DNA from: Octopus bimaculoides
Lineage: Eukaryota
DNA: 64,000 bases
Direction of reading: 5' to 3'
Assembly (NCBI RefSeq): GCF_001194135.2
Contig: NC_068981.1
Span: 142,801,841-142,865,840, forward strand
Below are positions 1-12,179 of this stretch, piece by piece. Both the position numbers and the translations under genes were made by a program. Each line of letters begins with the position of its first letter. Position 1 is the first letter of the stretch. The notes beneath the pieces were generated by a model that saw only the letters and a list, made by a program, of their open reading frames with translations, had not been told where the DNA came from and ran no database searches.

Positions 1-1104
1 ATTCTCACCTGTCACCGTTTCTCAATTCATCCCAGAAAACACAGATGCTTGTCTGGGAAAGATATTTCATATTGCATGCCGCAGATACGAAAAATGAGAG
101 ATATTGTTATAAGTTTGCTTGACAGTGACAAACTATATCGCATGTGAAAATGAAAAGAATATTTGTCTTTCATCAATAAGTAACAAGTATCTGCAATTGT
201 TTCAGTAGAAATTGTGGCATAAGACACAGAAGGGGCACACATTAAAACGTTCACTTGTGCACAAAAGTGAAATGTTAGTTGTAAATATAGAACTGAAATA
301 GAGACGTGGGTCACTACAGTTACATGAGATAAATTGCGAACGTATATAAAGGTTAAGAAAAACAGATGGCAATTATTACTTTTTTCTCTAGCAATGATAG
401 ATTTAAGGTATGAGAAAATGGTAAAATGTAATAGGAAAAAAACAGAAAAAAATCATTGTTTAAAACCAACAGAAATTGTGTCGTATTTGGAAAGCATGGA
501 GATGGTGTTTAACTGTGAAATGCCAACTATTAAGCTACTAGTAACAAGATACAGGCTTTTAGTATTTCCTTGACAAAAAAGGCGTGTTATTGCCAATTAT
601 GTTTGGGTGACCTTTATTTTAATTATGTTTTATAACAATAGATATTCCTTTAAAACACTATGTCTATAAATCAATATCATGCCATTACACTTTGACTCTT
701 TAGCTAGCAAATCTTATTCTAGATCTACCTATATATCAACTTTTCCTTATAACTCTAAAGTTATGCATATACACACAAATACATACATTCATTTATATAA
801 TGCTCGCGCGTGCTTGCGTGCGTGTGTGTGTGTGGTTGTGTGAGTGTGTGTGAGTGTATGTGTGCGTGTGTATGTACCCATATTGAAGGAGTGAAACGGG
901 TAAAATCCAGCTGCCGCGTCCCATGATGTAATAATTGCTTACCTACCTGATCCGATGATGTAATAATTGCTCGACGGGGGTACTGAGCTCAGATATTCAT
1001 GAGACGGAGGATACCTAAATTACATGAAGTTAAGTTGGCAAAGATACAAGTGGAAAATGAGTTGTGAAACCCGAAAAACAGAATAAAAAAGACTGATTAT
1101 TTAT

Positions 1105-1223
1105 ATTACTTGTTTTTGAGAGATATTTGTCCTCATCTTGTTTCTTGTTAACACAACAGCCTTCATCGGGTGTCTTGGGGAAATTTCGAACCTGGGTTCT
1201 CATTCCTAAGGTGTTTTTTTATG

Positions 1224-1274
<51 letters not shown>

Positions 1275-2236
1275 CTTGGAATCTTGGGATTAATAACCCG
1301 CGCTCTAAACCACTAAGTCATATGCCCGTGGGAAATTATGGGGTGAATTTTTATGGCTCATTAATCGAATATTTTCATATCCTTCCTTCATATCGGTTCC
1401 CATATGCTTCTCATATCTGCACTCGGTCTGCTTAGGAGGTTGTTGTGTCCTAACATATGTGCTACTTCATTTAACTTTCGTATTTTCCGGTGGTGTTGTC
1501 TATCTATTATTTTAGATTCATCCCAAAGGGGAAGGTCGTCTCCATTTTTCCATACATGATCAGCTATACCCGATTTATCAATATCTCCTAGTGTCACAGA
1601 TTTGCGATGCTCGTCCACCCTTATTTTGAGGAGGCGACATGATCGCCTTTGTATAAGCTACTACAGCTGCATGGGATGGAGTATACGCAGTCTTTGGTCT
1701 TATTCTTTTCCAATGGTGATTTTACTCGAAGGAGATATTTGCAAAGTTGTATTACTCTTGAATACTGTCCTGATGTCATATGAACTGCATATCATTTGAT
1801 TCTTTTCGGAGAGGTCTTTCACATAGAGTAGACAGACTATGGACATTTTATTGGTTTCATCCACTCTTTTCTTCATAATTGGAGTAGATAGTATGTTTTG
1901 GGGTTAGTTGTTACTTAATAGATTGTTACTTAGCTGGATCATTTCTTTGTGGTGGGTATAATGATCGCTACCGATAGTCTTTGCTCGATGTTTTAAGCAC
2001 TGAGCAATCCCTCTCTTTACACTGTATGGATGGGTAGGAATTAAAGTTGAGATATCGACCAGTGAAGGTCGGCTTGCGGTGTACGAATGTCATGGATCCA
2101 TACTCGGTGTGTGTTATTAATACGTCCAGGTATGCTAGCTGATTGTCTATTTCCTTTTCTATTGCGAACTGTATAGATGGCTTTATTGAGTTCACATGAT
2201 CTAACAGTACTTGGATATCTTCCTGGTGGGGCCAGA
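1105..2236 (-). mobile_element. Penelope-like retroelement, 5'-truncated and degenerate (RT C-terminus, GIY-YIG endonuclease, terminal repeat)
   Basis: Minus strand reads WPHQEDIQVLLDHVNSIKPSIQFAIEKEIDNQLAYLDVLI...VHRKPTFTGRYLNFNS (PLE RT/thumb) and DEHRKS...DKSGIADHVWKNG (GIY-YIG C-terminal half). It ends in a tRNA-like segment, (AAT)n and the hammerhead-bearing tail. Confidence 0.9.
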
Positions 2237-2822
2237 AGTGATGAAGCTAAGTAACAATCTATTAAATAACAGCTAACTTAAAAACATACTATCCACTCCA
2301 ATTATGAAGAAAAGAGAGGATGAAACCAATAAACAGTCCATTGTCTGTCTACCCTATGTGAAATACAAAAGATATTCAAAAGATATGCGACCCATATGAC
2401 ATCAGGAGAGTATTCAAGAGTAATACAGCACTTCGCAATTATCTCCTTCGAGTAAAACCACCAATGGAAGAGAATATGAAAAAAGAAGGTGTGTGCTCCA
2501 TCCCATGCAGCTGTAGTAGGTTATACAAAGGCGGAACTTGCCGCCCCATCAAAATAAGGGTAGACGAACATCGCAAAGCTGTGACACGAAGAGATGTTGA
2601 TAAATCGGGTATAGCTGATCATGTATGGAAAAATGGAGACAACCTACCCTTGTGGGATGACGTTCAAATAATAGATAGAAATCACTACTAGAAAATACAA
2701 AAACTAAAAAACAGCACATATGTTATGACACAACAATTTCCTAAGCAGACTGAGTGCAGATATGTGTAACATATACAAACTAGTATTAGGGAAGGATATG
2801 ATAATATTACATTTATAATTGC

Positions 2823-2878
2823 CCACGGGCTTATGGCGTAGTGGTTAAGAGCACGGGATACTAACCCCAACATTCCGA
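2823..2878 (+). other. tRNA-derived head (A-box and anticodon-like arm) inside the Penelope terminal repeat; not a functional tRNA
   Basis: GGGCTTATGGCGTAGTGGTTAAGAGCACGGGATACTAACCCC has an A-box (TGGCGTAGTGG) and a GGG-loop-CCC arm. The T-arm is missing. A second copy lies on the minus strand at about 1275-1335. Confidence 0.65.
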
Positions 2879-2880
2879 AC

Positions 2881-2933
<53 letters not shown>

Positions 2934-2950
2934 TAATATTCGAAATTTCC

Positions 2951-2992
2951 TTACGAGGAAGGCTGGGGATATATCAGCCGAAACGTTGTGTT
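2951..2992 (+). ncRNA. Minimal type I hammerhead ribozyme motif, degenerate 5' core
   Basis: Stem II GGCTG/CAGCC is followed by GAAA-CG-TT-GTGTT with palindromic AACGTT. The CUGAUGA box is mutated in this copy. Confidence 0.55.
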
Positions 2993-3035
2993 AACAAAAT
3001 ACAAGATGAGGGCAAATATCCGTCAAATGTAAATA

Positions 3036-3265
3036 GCAAGTAGATCTGAGTAAAAGCATGTTCGGTCTCCCATGCTGTTTATGGCTTTCTGATGTTTGGA
3101 ATTATCTGCAAAGATTTTGAATGTAGAATGTTTGATGACATATACTATATCGTTAATGTAAATAATGAAGGGGATTGGGCCAAACGCAGTACCTTGTGGG
3201 ACAGCAATACTGACATTAACTGAGCTGGATCTTATTCCCTCAAACACAACGTGTTCGGTTCAATC
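3036..3265 (-). mobile_element. CR1/L2-type LINE reverse transcriptase fragment
   Basis: AVPQGTAFGPIPFIIYINDI...FKIFADNS matches the GVPQGSxLGPxLFxxYIND and FADD RT motifs. Confidence 0.85.
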
Positions 3266-3269
3266 ATTT

Positions 3270-3400
3270 ACATTATTTATATTTGAAGGATATTTGTCGT
3301 CATCTTGTTTGTTGTTAACACAATGCTTCGGCTGATTAACCTCCAGCCTTCATCAGGGGTCTTGGGGAAATTTCGAGGCTGGGTTCTCATTCCTAAGAAT
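3270..3400 (-). repeat. Hammerhead-bearing Penelope terminal repeat half (third copy)
   Basis: The minus strand reads cttaggaatgagaaccc...gaaatttccccaagacccctgatgaaggctgg...aacaagatga, shared with 1105-1210, 2940-3035 and 7175-7315. Confidence 0.85.
3317..3361 (-). ncRNA. Minimal type I hammerhead ribozyme motif (best-preserved core)
   Basis: Minus strand: GACCC-CTGATGA-A-GGCTG-gaggttaat-CAGCC-GAAG-CA-TT-GTGTT. The CUGAUGA box and stem II are intact; GAAA has become GAAG. Confidence 0.65.
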
Positions 3401-3424
3401 AATGTTTATTATTATTATTATGAT

Positions 3425-3735
3425 TGTTCAGTAGTTTTATTTTTATAACGTGCTTTCACTTCACTACTGAGTGCAGCTCTGTGCGCCTTGGGTATGTGCT
3501 GTGGTGCTCCTATGGTTACTGTATTGAAAGTGTTTTGCGTAGGATGTGTGCAGTGCCCAGTAGTGCAATTTTCTGTATGTTATATATATTTGTAAGTTCT
3601 GGTGTTTTTGTTATGTATTTGTCTGAATATGTTTTTATTATACCTAAGGCACCTACTATAATAGGAATTGTTTCAGTTTTTAGATTCCACATTCGAGTTA
3701 CCTCTATTTCCAGGTCTTTGTATTTTGAAAGTTTT
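3425..3735 (-). mobile_element. RLE-type (R4/Dong-like) LINE 3' end, truncated by an assembly gap
   Basis: KLSKYKDLEIEVTRMWNLKTETIPIIVGALGII...QKIALLGTAHILRKTLS is the C-terminal restriction-like endonuclease region. A short 3' UTR and (AAT)n follow. Confidence 0.85.
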
Positions 3736-5507
3736 NNNNNNNNNNNNNNNNNNNNNNNNNNNNNNNNNNNNNNNNNNNNNNNNNNNNNNNNNNNNNNNNN
3801 NNNNNNNNNNNNNNNNNNNNNNNNNNNNNNNNNNNNNNNNNNNNNNNNNNNNNNNNNNNNNNNNNNNNNNNNNNNNNNNNNNNNNNNNNNNNNNNNNNNN
3901 NNNNNNNNNNNNNNNNNNNNNNNNNNNNNNNNNNNNNNNNNNNNNNNNNNNNNNNNNNNNNNNNNNNNNNNNNNNNNNNNNNNNNNNNNNNNNNNNNNNN
4001 NNNNNNNNNNNNNNNNNNNNNNNNNNNNNNNNNNNNNNNNNNNNNNNNNNNNNNNNNNNNNNNNNNNNNNNNNNNNNNNNNNNNNNNNNNNNNNNNNNNN
4101 NNNNNNNNNNNNNNNNNNNNNNNNNNNNNNNNNNNNNNNNNNNNNNNNNNNNNNNNNNNNNNNNNNNNNNNNNNNNNNNNNNNNNNNNNNNNNNNNNNNN
4201 NNNNNNNNNNNNNNNNNNNNNNNNNNNNNNNNNNNNNNNNNNNNNNNNNNNNNNNNNNNNNNNNNNNNNNNNNNNNNNNNNNNNNNNNNNNNNNNNNNNN
4301 NNNNNNNNNNNNNNNNNNNNNNNNNNNNNNNNNNNNNNNNNNNNNNNNNNNNNNNNNNNNNNNNNNNNNNNNNNNNNNNNNNNNNNNNNNNNNNNNNNNN
4401 NNNNNNNNNNNNNNNNNNNNNNNNNNNNNNNNNNNNNNNNNNNNNNNNNNNNNNNNNNNNNNNNNNNNNNNNNNNNNNNNNNNNNNNNNNNNNNNNNNNN
4501 NNNNNNNNNNNNNNNNNNNNNNNNNNTATATATATATATATATTACGCACTCACGCTGTCGAGCAGATCATCACATGTTCTCACACATCGCTAGTCACAA
4601 AACTCTCTGCATAGTATAACCCTTCGAATGCAGGCATCACTGTCTGGGAATTGAACAGACTATCCACAATACCATGCGCCTTCATTTTCACACACGCACA
4701 CACGCACGCACACACACACAAAACCACACGCATACATACGTATATATTCCCATAGACGCACGCGCAAGAAAACGCATACAGCTTTGACTTTGCAAGACGC
4801 GGGATGTCATATTGGTCATAAAGTGTTTGGTTATCACGTTATTGTAAATTCAGAGCATTATTAGACTAATAATAACACATGCACTTTTCATTTTTCTCTC
4901 CATTTGTAAAGAAAAAAATAATCAGGCAGTTATGTAACTAATTAATTATCAAACCAATTTGACTAATCAATCATTTGACTACACTAATCAATATATTTGT
5001 GGTAAAAGTGCTGTAGATGAGGACGCGTCAGTGGGAAGTTATGAAGCATCAGAGAAATAATTCTGTCAAACTGATTGATTCATTACTCGAATGATTGAAC
5101 AAATAATTAATGAAATAATTAGTTAATTAGTCGTGTGTTTATAGTTGACGAGGATGAAATATAAGCATTATATGAGTGGAAGATGAATGCTCACACGAGT
5201 ACTATATATATATATATATATATCCTATTTATCAATATATATATANNNNNNNNNNNNNNNNNNNNNNNNNNNNNNNNNNNNNNNNNNNNNNNNNNNNNNN
5301 NNNNNNNNNNNNNNNNNNNNNNNNNNNNNNNNNNNNNNNNNNNNNNNNNNNNNNNNNNNNNNNNNNNNNNNNNNNNNNNNNNNNNNNNNNNNNNNNNNNN
5401 NNNNNNNNNNNNNNNNNNNNNNNNNNNNNNNNNNNNNNNNNNNNNNNNNNNNNNNNNCCATATATAAATATATATATATATATATACAGAGAGAGAGAGA
5501 GAGGGAT

Positions 5508-5546
<39 letters not shown>

Positions 5547-5599
5547 GAGAGATGCAAGTATGTGTGTATTTCTACATCTATAAATTTACATATAAACAT

Positions 5600-6460
5600 A
5601 TATGACAAGCCATTTTGGCCTCTCGTAACTTACTGTCGAAGAGCTTAGGGTCCAAACTTCGACGTAGACAAAGAAAAAAGATGTTTGTGGATGAATAAAA
5701 GTGATTTTAAACCAGAAACGGAAGCTCTAATATGTGCTGCCCGAGAGCAAGCGCTAAGAACAAACTACATCAAATGTAGAGTAGACAACACATCAGGAAG
5801 TGATAAGTTCAGAATCTGTGGACAAAACGGTGAAATCGTGTGGCATATTACCAGTCGATGTACGCCACAAGCCTAGAAAGAATATAAGCGACGCCACGAC
5901 AATATACCCAGGGTTGTCCATTGGACACTTTGCAACAAGTATGGACGTGACAGAGCCAAAAAATTGTACGACCACAAAACTGAAGGCATTGTCGAAAATA
6001 GAAATGGAAAGATCCTATGGGACTTTATGATTCAGTGCGACCATGAGATAGGGTATATGAAGCCGGACATAGTCTTAATTGAGAAAGAAAACAAACTATG
6101 TTGGATCGTAGACATAACATGCCCAGCTGACAACCAGGTATGCGATAAGGAAGAAACAAGAATCGAAAGATATGACATGTTAGTTTGGGAATTTAAGCAG
6201 TTGTGGTAGATGAAAAAGGTAGCAGTAGTACCAATAATTGTCGAAGCTTTGGGAACAGTGAGCAAAATCTCGAGAAGTACGTGGAACAAATAGGAGCTGC
6301 AATAAGGGTGGAGCACTTGCACTTGCAGAAAACAGCACTGCTTGGAACCTCTCGAATACTCCGGAAGGTGCTCGAAAAATAAGAGGTGCTACCTTAGTTC
6401 ACTAGTAGTGAACAGCTGACACTGTAGTACATTTCTAGCGTTAGAAGCTGTGGAAAAGCA
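5600..6460 (+). mobile_element. RLE-type LINE family A, 3' portion (CCHC knuckle and PD-(D/E)xK endonuclease)
   Basis: KPETEALICAAREQALRTNYIK...RICGQNGEIVWHITSRC and KILWDFMIQCDHEIGYMKPDIVLIEKENKLCWIVDITCP. Frameshifted; the 3' UTR ends in (CAA/CAC)n. Confidence 0.9.
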
Positions 6461-6499
6461 ACACCACCACCACAAACAACAACACCACCACCAACAACA

Positions 6500-7110
6500 A
6501 CAGATAAAAACTGGTGGGAACTCAAACCACCCCCAGTACTTGAAAATGATAACATCGCACTCCTCTGGAACTTCACCATTCAAACTGACAGAAAGATAGA
6601 TGCAAATAGGCCAGACATCATACTGAAAGACTTCAGACAAAAATCATGCCTCCTCATTGAAAAGACCGTCCCAATCGATATAAACGTATCTGTCAAGACC
6701 TACCAAAAACTGAGCAAATATAAAGATCTTGAAATAGAAATTACCAAAATGTGGAACCTGAAGACTAAAACAATACCTATTGTCATAGGTGACCTGTGAA
6801 TGACAGCGAAACGGGCTGATTACTACCTAGCTCAGTTACCAGGAAACCCCAAAATGGCTGAAGTTCAAAAGATAGTGCTCATGGAAACTGCCCATATCCA
6901 ACGTAAAATACTGTCTACGTGATCTCAAATTTTAAAACAAACACATAATTTTCTTATGGTTTCTTAAACATTCCCTAGAACAACACTATGTACAAATCCA
7001 AATATGTGGTACCCCAGGCATAACACCTACATGAACTTCTAACTTGTTGTCTCTTGAGGTCTCTGGGTGAGACTTGGATCCAACTTGTACAAATGCAAAA
7101 CAAAATTCAA
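6500..7110 (+). mobile_element. RLE-type LINE family B, 3' portion
   Basis: PPVLENDNIALLWNFTIQTDRKIDANRPDIILKD...KLSKYKDLEIEITKMWNLKTKTIPIVIG. An in-frame stop is present, then a 3' UTR and (AAT)n. Confidence 0.9.
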
Positions 7111-7174
7111 ACAGAAAACAATAATAATAATAATAATAATGATAATAATAATAATAGTCATAATAATAATAATA

Positions 7175-7315
7175 CCTTAGGAATGAGAACCCAGGTTCGA
7201 AATTTCCCCAGGAGACCTGATAAAGCCAGGAGTGTATAACAGCCGAAAGGTTGTGGTAACAACAAACAAGATGAGGACATATATTCCTCAAATGTAAATA
7301 ATGTAAATAATGTTA
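7175..7315 (+). repeat. Hammerhead-bearing Penelope terminal repeat half (fourth copy, degenerate)
   Basis: ccttaggaatgagaacccaggttcgaaatttcccc-ggagacctgataaagcc...cagccgaaagg-ttgtggtaacaacaaacaagatgagg. Confidence 0.8.
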
Positions 7316-8779
7316 ATGATAGTTGTTGTGATTGCTTCTGTCGAGAGAGAGAGATGAAACATGCAAATATGCCCAGTTAGAACTATTGTAATACGGTATC
7401 CATTAGGAAAATCCATGGTCAATGAGAATGGTTAAATTCCATTGTGAGGGGAAAATGGATGTTAGCAATTCCAAGGATGGACAAATATTAAGAGGAAGAA
7501 GTACACTTCCTGGAAAATACTGAGAAGAGAACGATTGATAGGAGTTATGCATTAGATGCATAGTAATCAGTACAGCGAGGGATATTCAGGCACAGAGAGG
7601 TTAATGAGTGTAAAGACAGATAAACAAATGGTCATCATCATCGCCCTCATTGTCAACATAATCGTCATTGTTCTCTCAGCTCCTTTTTCCGGTTTTGAAT
7701 TTCAAGATATCAAGCTGCACACCATAATTTCAGCCCTGCTTGTCATTCTTACGGTTCCTGCCCCTACCGAGATACAATCATTCTCTCTCTCTCTCTCTGT
7801 AAGGTTAACTATGTATTTCGTCTCGAGATTCAATCATATGTTATATAACAAATATGCATTTAGTGGATCCCAGCGTCCATTTATTTCGTTATTATTGTAA
7901 CTAAGTCGTACGCAACGTTTATTTTTGCTAATAGCAATTCACTCCAAGGATTAGTTCAGAATTTACTGATAGCCTACATCCATACATTCTCGAGATTGAT
8001 TATGCTTGACTTCAAATATATCTACCCAAATAAATATTGAATAATAACTTCTATCCTTTCAGGACGATGAAATTTAAATCCTAATCTATATTTTGAAGTA
8101 ACTAGATAACAATAACGTGAAATCATGTTATAAATACTTACAGCTTAATGACATTAAACGTCAGATTACAACTCCTATGAATAATTTTCATCAAAGAGCA
8201 GATGATCCCAACTCGTACAACTTCAACTGTAATACGATATACAAAATCCTATTTCTTCCGGGAAGATACACAGAAATAATTTTCGAAAATAGAGAGGAAA
8301 TGATAAATTATTACCACCGCACATCTGCAAGAATAATTATTGTTGTACGTCATTTTCTTTTAAAAATCGTTTACTTGATTCAGTTACTGAAATACGGCCA
8401 TGTAGGGTCACGGTTTTGAAAGATAGTAGTCGAGGAAATAGATGCGAGTAGTATTTTTAACAAAGACCGGTAAGTAATCTTTGGATGCCATTTGTCGAAA
8501 GGCTATCTTACGGATAGCATGAGGATAAGCCTGTTATCAATGATGGTGCGAGGTGAACAAATACTATTTTATACACGCAGACACATATATCTGCGCTCGT
8601 ACGGCTCCCTGTTGCTTAATTTGATTTTATTCACTTTACTTTGAGTTGTACGGATAATACGACACTAACTTGGTGCTTCAACTTAAGTACCTAATTCAAA
8701 CGAATCCCTCTCTCTCTCTCTCTTTCTCTCTCTCTCTATCTCTCTCTCTCTCTCACTCTCTCTCTTTATATATATATAT

Positions 8780-8910
8780 ACACACATACACAACGAGCTG
8801 CCTCAAAGTTTCCGTGTTGCAAGTCCACTCACAAGTTTAAGGTACGCAGTGAGACTGAACCAGGAGCTATGAGGCTGCGAATCAAACTTCCTATCACTCA
8901 CCCACGTCTG
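8780..8910 (-). mobile_element. tRNA-derived SINE fragment
   Basis: Reverse-complement similarity to the SINE head at 42130-42220 (aagtttg, ttcagtc(c/t)cactgcgt, ccttg/aa). Confidence 0.6.
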
Positions 8911-9412
8911 CGCCGATATTTATAAAATATGTATAGAACGTGTTCAGTAGTTCATGGCTCGATTTCGATGCAGTAACGAATAAAGAACGCGCGAAATCAT
9001 TTACCAAANNNNNNNNNNNNNNNNNNNNNNNNNNNNNNNNNNNNNNNNNNNNNNNNNNNNNNNNNNNNNNNNNNNNNNNNNNNNNNNNNNNNNNNNNNNN
9101 NNNNNNNNNNNNNNNNNNNNNNNNNNNNNNNNNNNNNNNNNNNNNNNNNNNNNNNNNNNNNNNNNNNNNNNNNNNNNNNNNNNNNNNNNNNNNNNNNNNN
9201 NNNNNNNNNNNNNNNNNNNNNNNNNNNNNNNNNNNNNNNNNNNNNNNNNNNNNNNNNNNNNNNNNNNNNNNNNNNNNNNNNNNNNNNNNNNNNNNNNNNN
9301 NNNNNNNNNNNNNNNNNNNNNNNNNNNNNNNNNNNNNNNNNNNNNNNNNNNNNNNNNNNNNNNNNNNNNNNNNNNNNNNNNNNNNNNNNNNNNNNNNNNN
9401 NNNNNNNNNNNN

Positions 9413-9467
<55 letters not shown>

Positions 9468-10131
9468 ACTGTACCGATACATTTCTATGTATATATGTAC
9501 ACTCATATACATACACAAGCATACGGGTTCATATATATATACGGGTGTGTGGTGGGAATTGATTGGTTAGGTGTGGATGTGCGGGTGTGTGAATCGCGTG
9601 CATGTGTATATATGTAATCAAACACAAGTCTTGTGCCCATAATACCAACAAGCAGGAACTGAAATTAGGATGAAAAAAATATACGATAAAAATTTTCTAC
9701 GAATAGATATTCAGCGAAGCATAGATTTTCATACACAAAAGACGTATAAATAAACTTGTAACACACAAGGAGGCAGACAAATAAACACAGACATATTTAA
9801 AAGGGATTTAGTAGACTAAATATTCATAATCGCGATTTAAACTGTTTAGAATTCGACAAAAAATCTCACGGAGAAATCAATGTAAATATCATTTGTTTTA
9901 TGATTTAATTGATTCAATTAATTCATAGAACAATAGTTTCCTTATAAAATTATTGTACGATAAATGTATATTCATATGTATGTGTGTGTGTGTAATATTA
10001 TACACACATGCATACATACTAACATACTTATGTACGTACATAAATACACAGAAAAATATATATGTATGTATATATATATATTATATACATATTATAATTA
10101 TATATATGCGTATATATATATATATATATAT

Positions 10132-10196
<65 letters not shown>

Positions 10197-11224
10197 TATG
10201 TATAATATAGCATTTAAGTAATGTGATGGAGTGTGCTGCCTATATCACTTATTTATTTGAAGATATATTTCACTGTTTTATACACGATATATAAGTCAGG
10301 AAATGTTTCGGGACAAATCATATGCTAAATACTGTATAATAATTACGGGTCCTCACTCTTTCCCTTATGTGTCATGGCTTTAACATACAAATGTCCAATG
10401 AGAAATATTTCATAGGAAATTTAATATCTTCTTAGACTATATCTCGCCCCATCCTCATAATGTTTATCAAATTTTATTTTACATTATCACATCAATAAAC
10501 GATCGAAGTAATAAATTTACATATAATGAAGACTACTCGTAAAAGCCTTTTTCAAAAGTTTTGACGATTTTTAGTAAAGCACTGATCATTGTACAATATG
10601 AACACATAAATCAGATGACGCCAGAAAGGAAGAAGACAATAATGTAATAATCAAACATCGGTGGTGCCCTCTGTACCTCGAAACCATAAACACGGCTTTG
10701 TGAAGTTTAGAGTTTAAATCGAGCGAGTATTAAGTAATAAAATATACGAATCAATCTCAGAATTAAAATGCCTTTCAGTGTGTCACAGTGTGTACCGTCA
10801 TTTGTAGAAAGGCATGCATCTTTTTAAAACTATTAATGCTCTTTGTTCCTGATATTGACCCTATCGCTAATAATATCTATCACACTACATCAGACAGTGA
10901 TTGATTTACACTATTCAACGTATAACTTGCTCCTTTTATGATTTATAGCATATTGAACAATGTAAGATTGAGAAGGTCAGAGAGTTTGAAACACAGAAAA
11001 CATTAACGGCGAGTTGTGTAACGTTGCATCAAGCTTATTGGGAGAATGTATTGATATGTACTCAATAATGTGGTTGGTACCAGCATATCAAAAAGATTAT
11101 AATATACTCTAAAGCTAATTCTAGATATCAATAACGATTCACGTCTCTCTTTGGAAAATTGTTTGCGTGCATACACACACAAACACACACACACACACAT
11201 ATATATATATATTTCTTTATTGCC

Positions 11225-11390
11225 CACAGGGGGCTAAACACAAAGGGGACAATCAAGGACAGACAAAGGGATTAAGTCGATTACATCGACCCCAGTGCGT
11301 AATTTGAACTCAGAACGTAACGGCAGGCGAAGTACCGGAAATCATTTCGCCCGGCGCGCTAACGATTCTGCCAAATCGCCGTCCTAACCG
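11225..11390 (-). mobile_element. tRNA-derived SINE, internally deleted copy
   Basis: Shares gattaagtcgatta..gaccccagtgcgtaa and gaatttgaactcagaacgta with 25170-25530 and 50440-50650. Confidence 0.8.
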
Positions 11391-12179
11391 CGTGTGTAGG
11401 GTTGGCGATTTTCTTTCTCCATCTTCCCTTCCAATATATATATTGGAAAGTTTGGAGGTGATGTACAGGAATTATGTATTAGAAAAAATAAAGTACTCAG
11501 ATAACTGGATGGTTGTATATTTACAGATTTTTATTAATATGTCTCATGTTTTATAAATATTAGCGCTTGCACCTATTCTTGTAGGGTTTTCAAATATGAT
11601 TTTACTTTCAGAGAGTTTCTCTTTTTATAGTATTATTGAAAGTGTAGGGGTGGAGAGAGATATATAGGATAGTAAAAGAGGGTGAGGAATGGAGGGAACA
11701 GTGAGAGGGAGTGTATACCGACACAGACAACTGAGCAAACGCATGAGTTTAGAATAATCGATGCAGTGTTATGTATACAGTGTATACTAGATACGCCAAA
11801 ATACTCACATGTATTACAAAATATAATAGCGAAGACAAATATAGTATTAACATTAAAATCTAAACGATATGACTTAGAATATATCTGAATAGTACATAAA
11901 TAATCATATGAATAAATACAGAAAATAACATAGAATATCATAGATAAAAAAATTTTAAAAAATAAATTGAGGTAGAAATAAAATACTATAATGGCATACA
12001 AGAAATGATGATTAAAGTACGTATAAAAATTTAGGGTACAACTTAATGCATACTAGAAATTAAACTATATCATTATTCCTGTTAGAATATAACTTTTATC
12101 TATGGATGGCGTTTTCAATGTGAAGAGTAAAGGGCCAGGGCTTTTCATTGTTTCAATGGCTTATGATTGAGCAGAATCC

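Larger units (their letters stand above)
2245..3035 (+). mobile_element. Penelope-like retroelement, second inverted partial copy (GIY-YIG and terminal repeat)
   Basis: ORF 2464-2691 has GVCSIPCSCSRLYKGGTCRPIKIRVDEHRK (GIY-YIG like). The sequence is the reverse complement of about 1105-1945 (e.g. gctaagtaacaatctatta). Confidence 0.9.

Noticed and set aside
2823-2878. Possible tRNA gene
   Set aside because: It lacks the T-arm and 3' acceptor strand, and it is embedded in a repeat present in two copies.
8384-8475. Exon-like segment ending in gtaagt
   Set aside because: The sequence resembles a SINE core fragment (tacggccatg...gtcga...gacc) and has stops.
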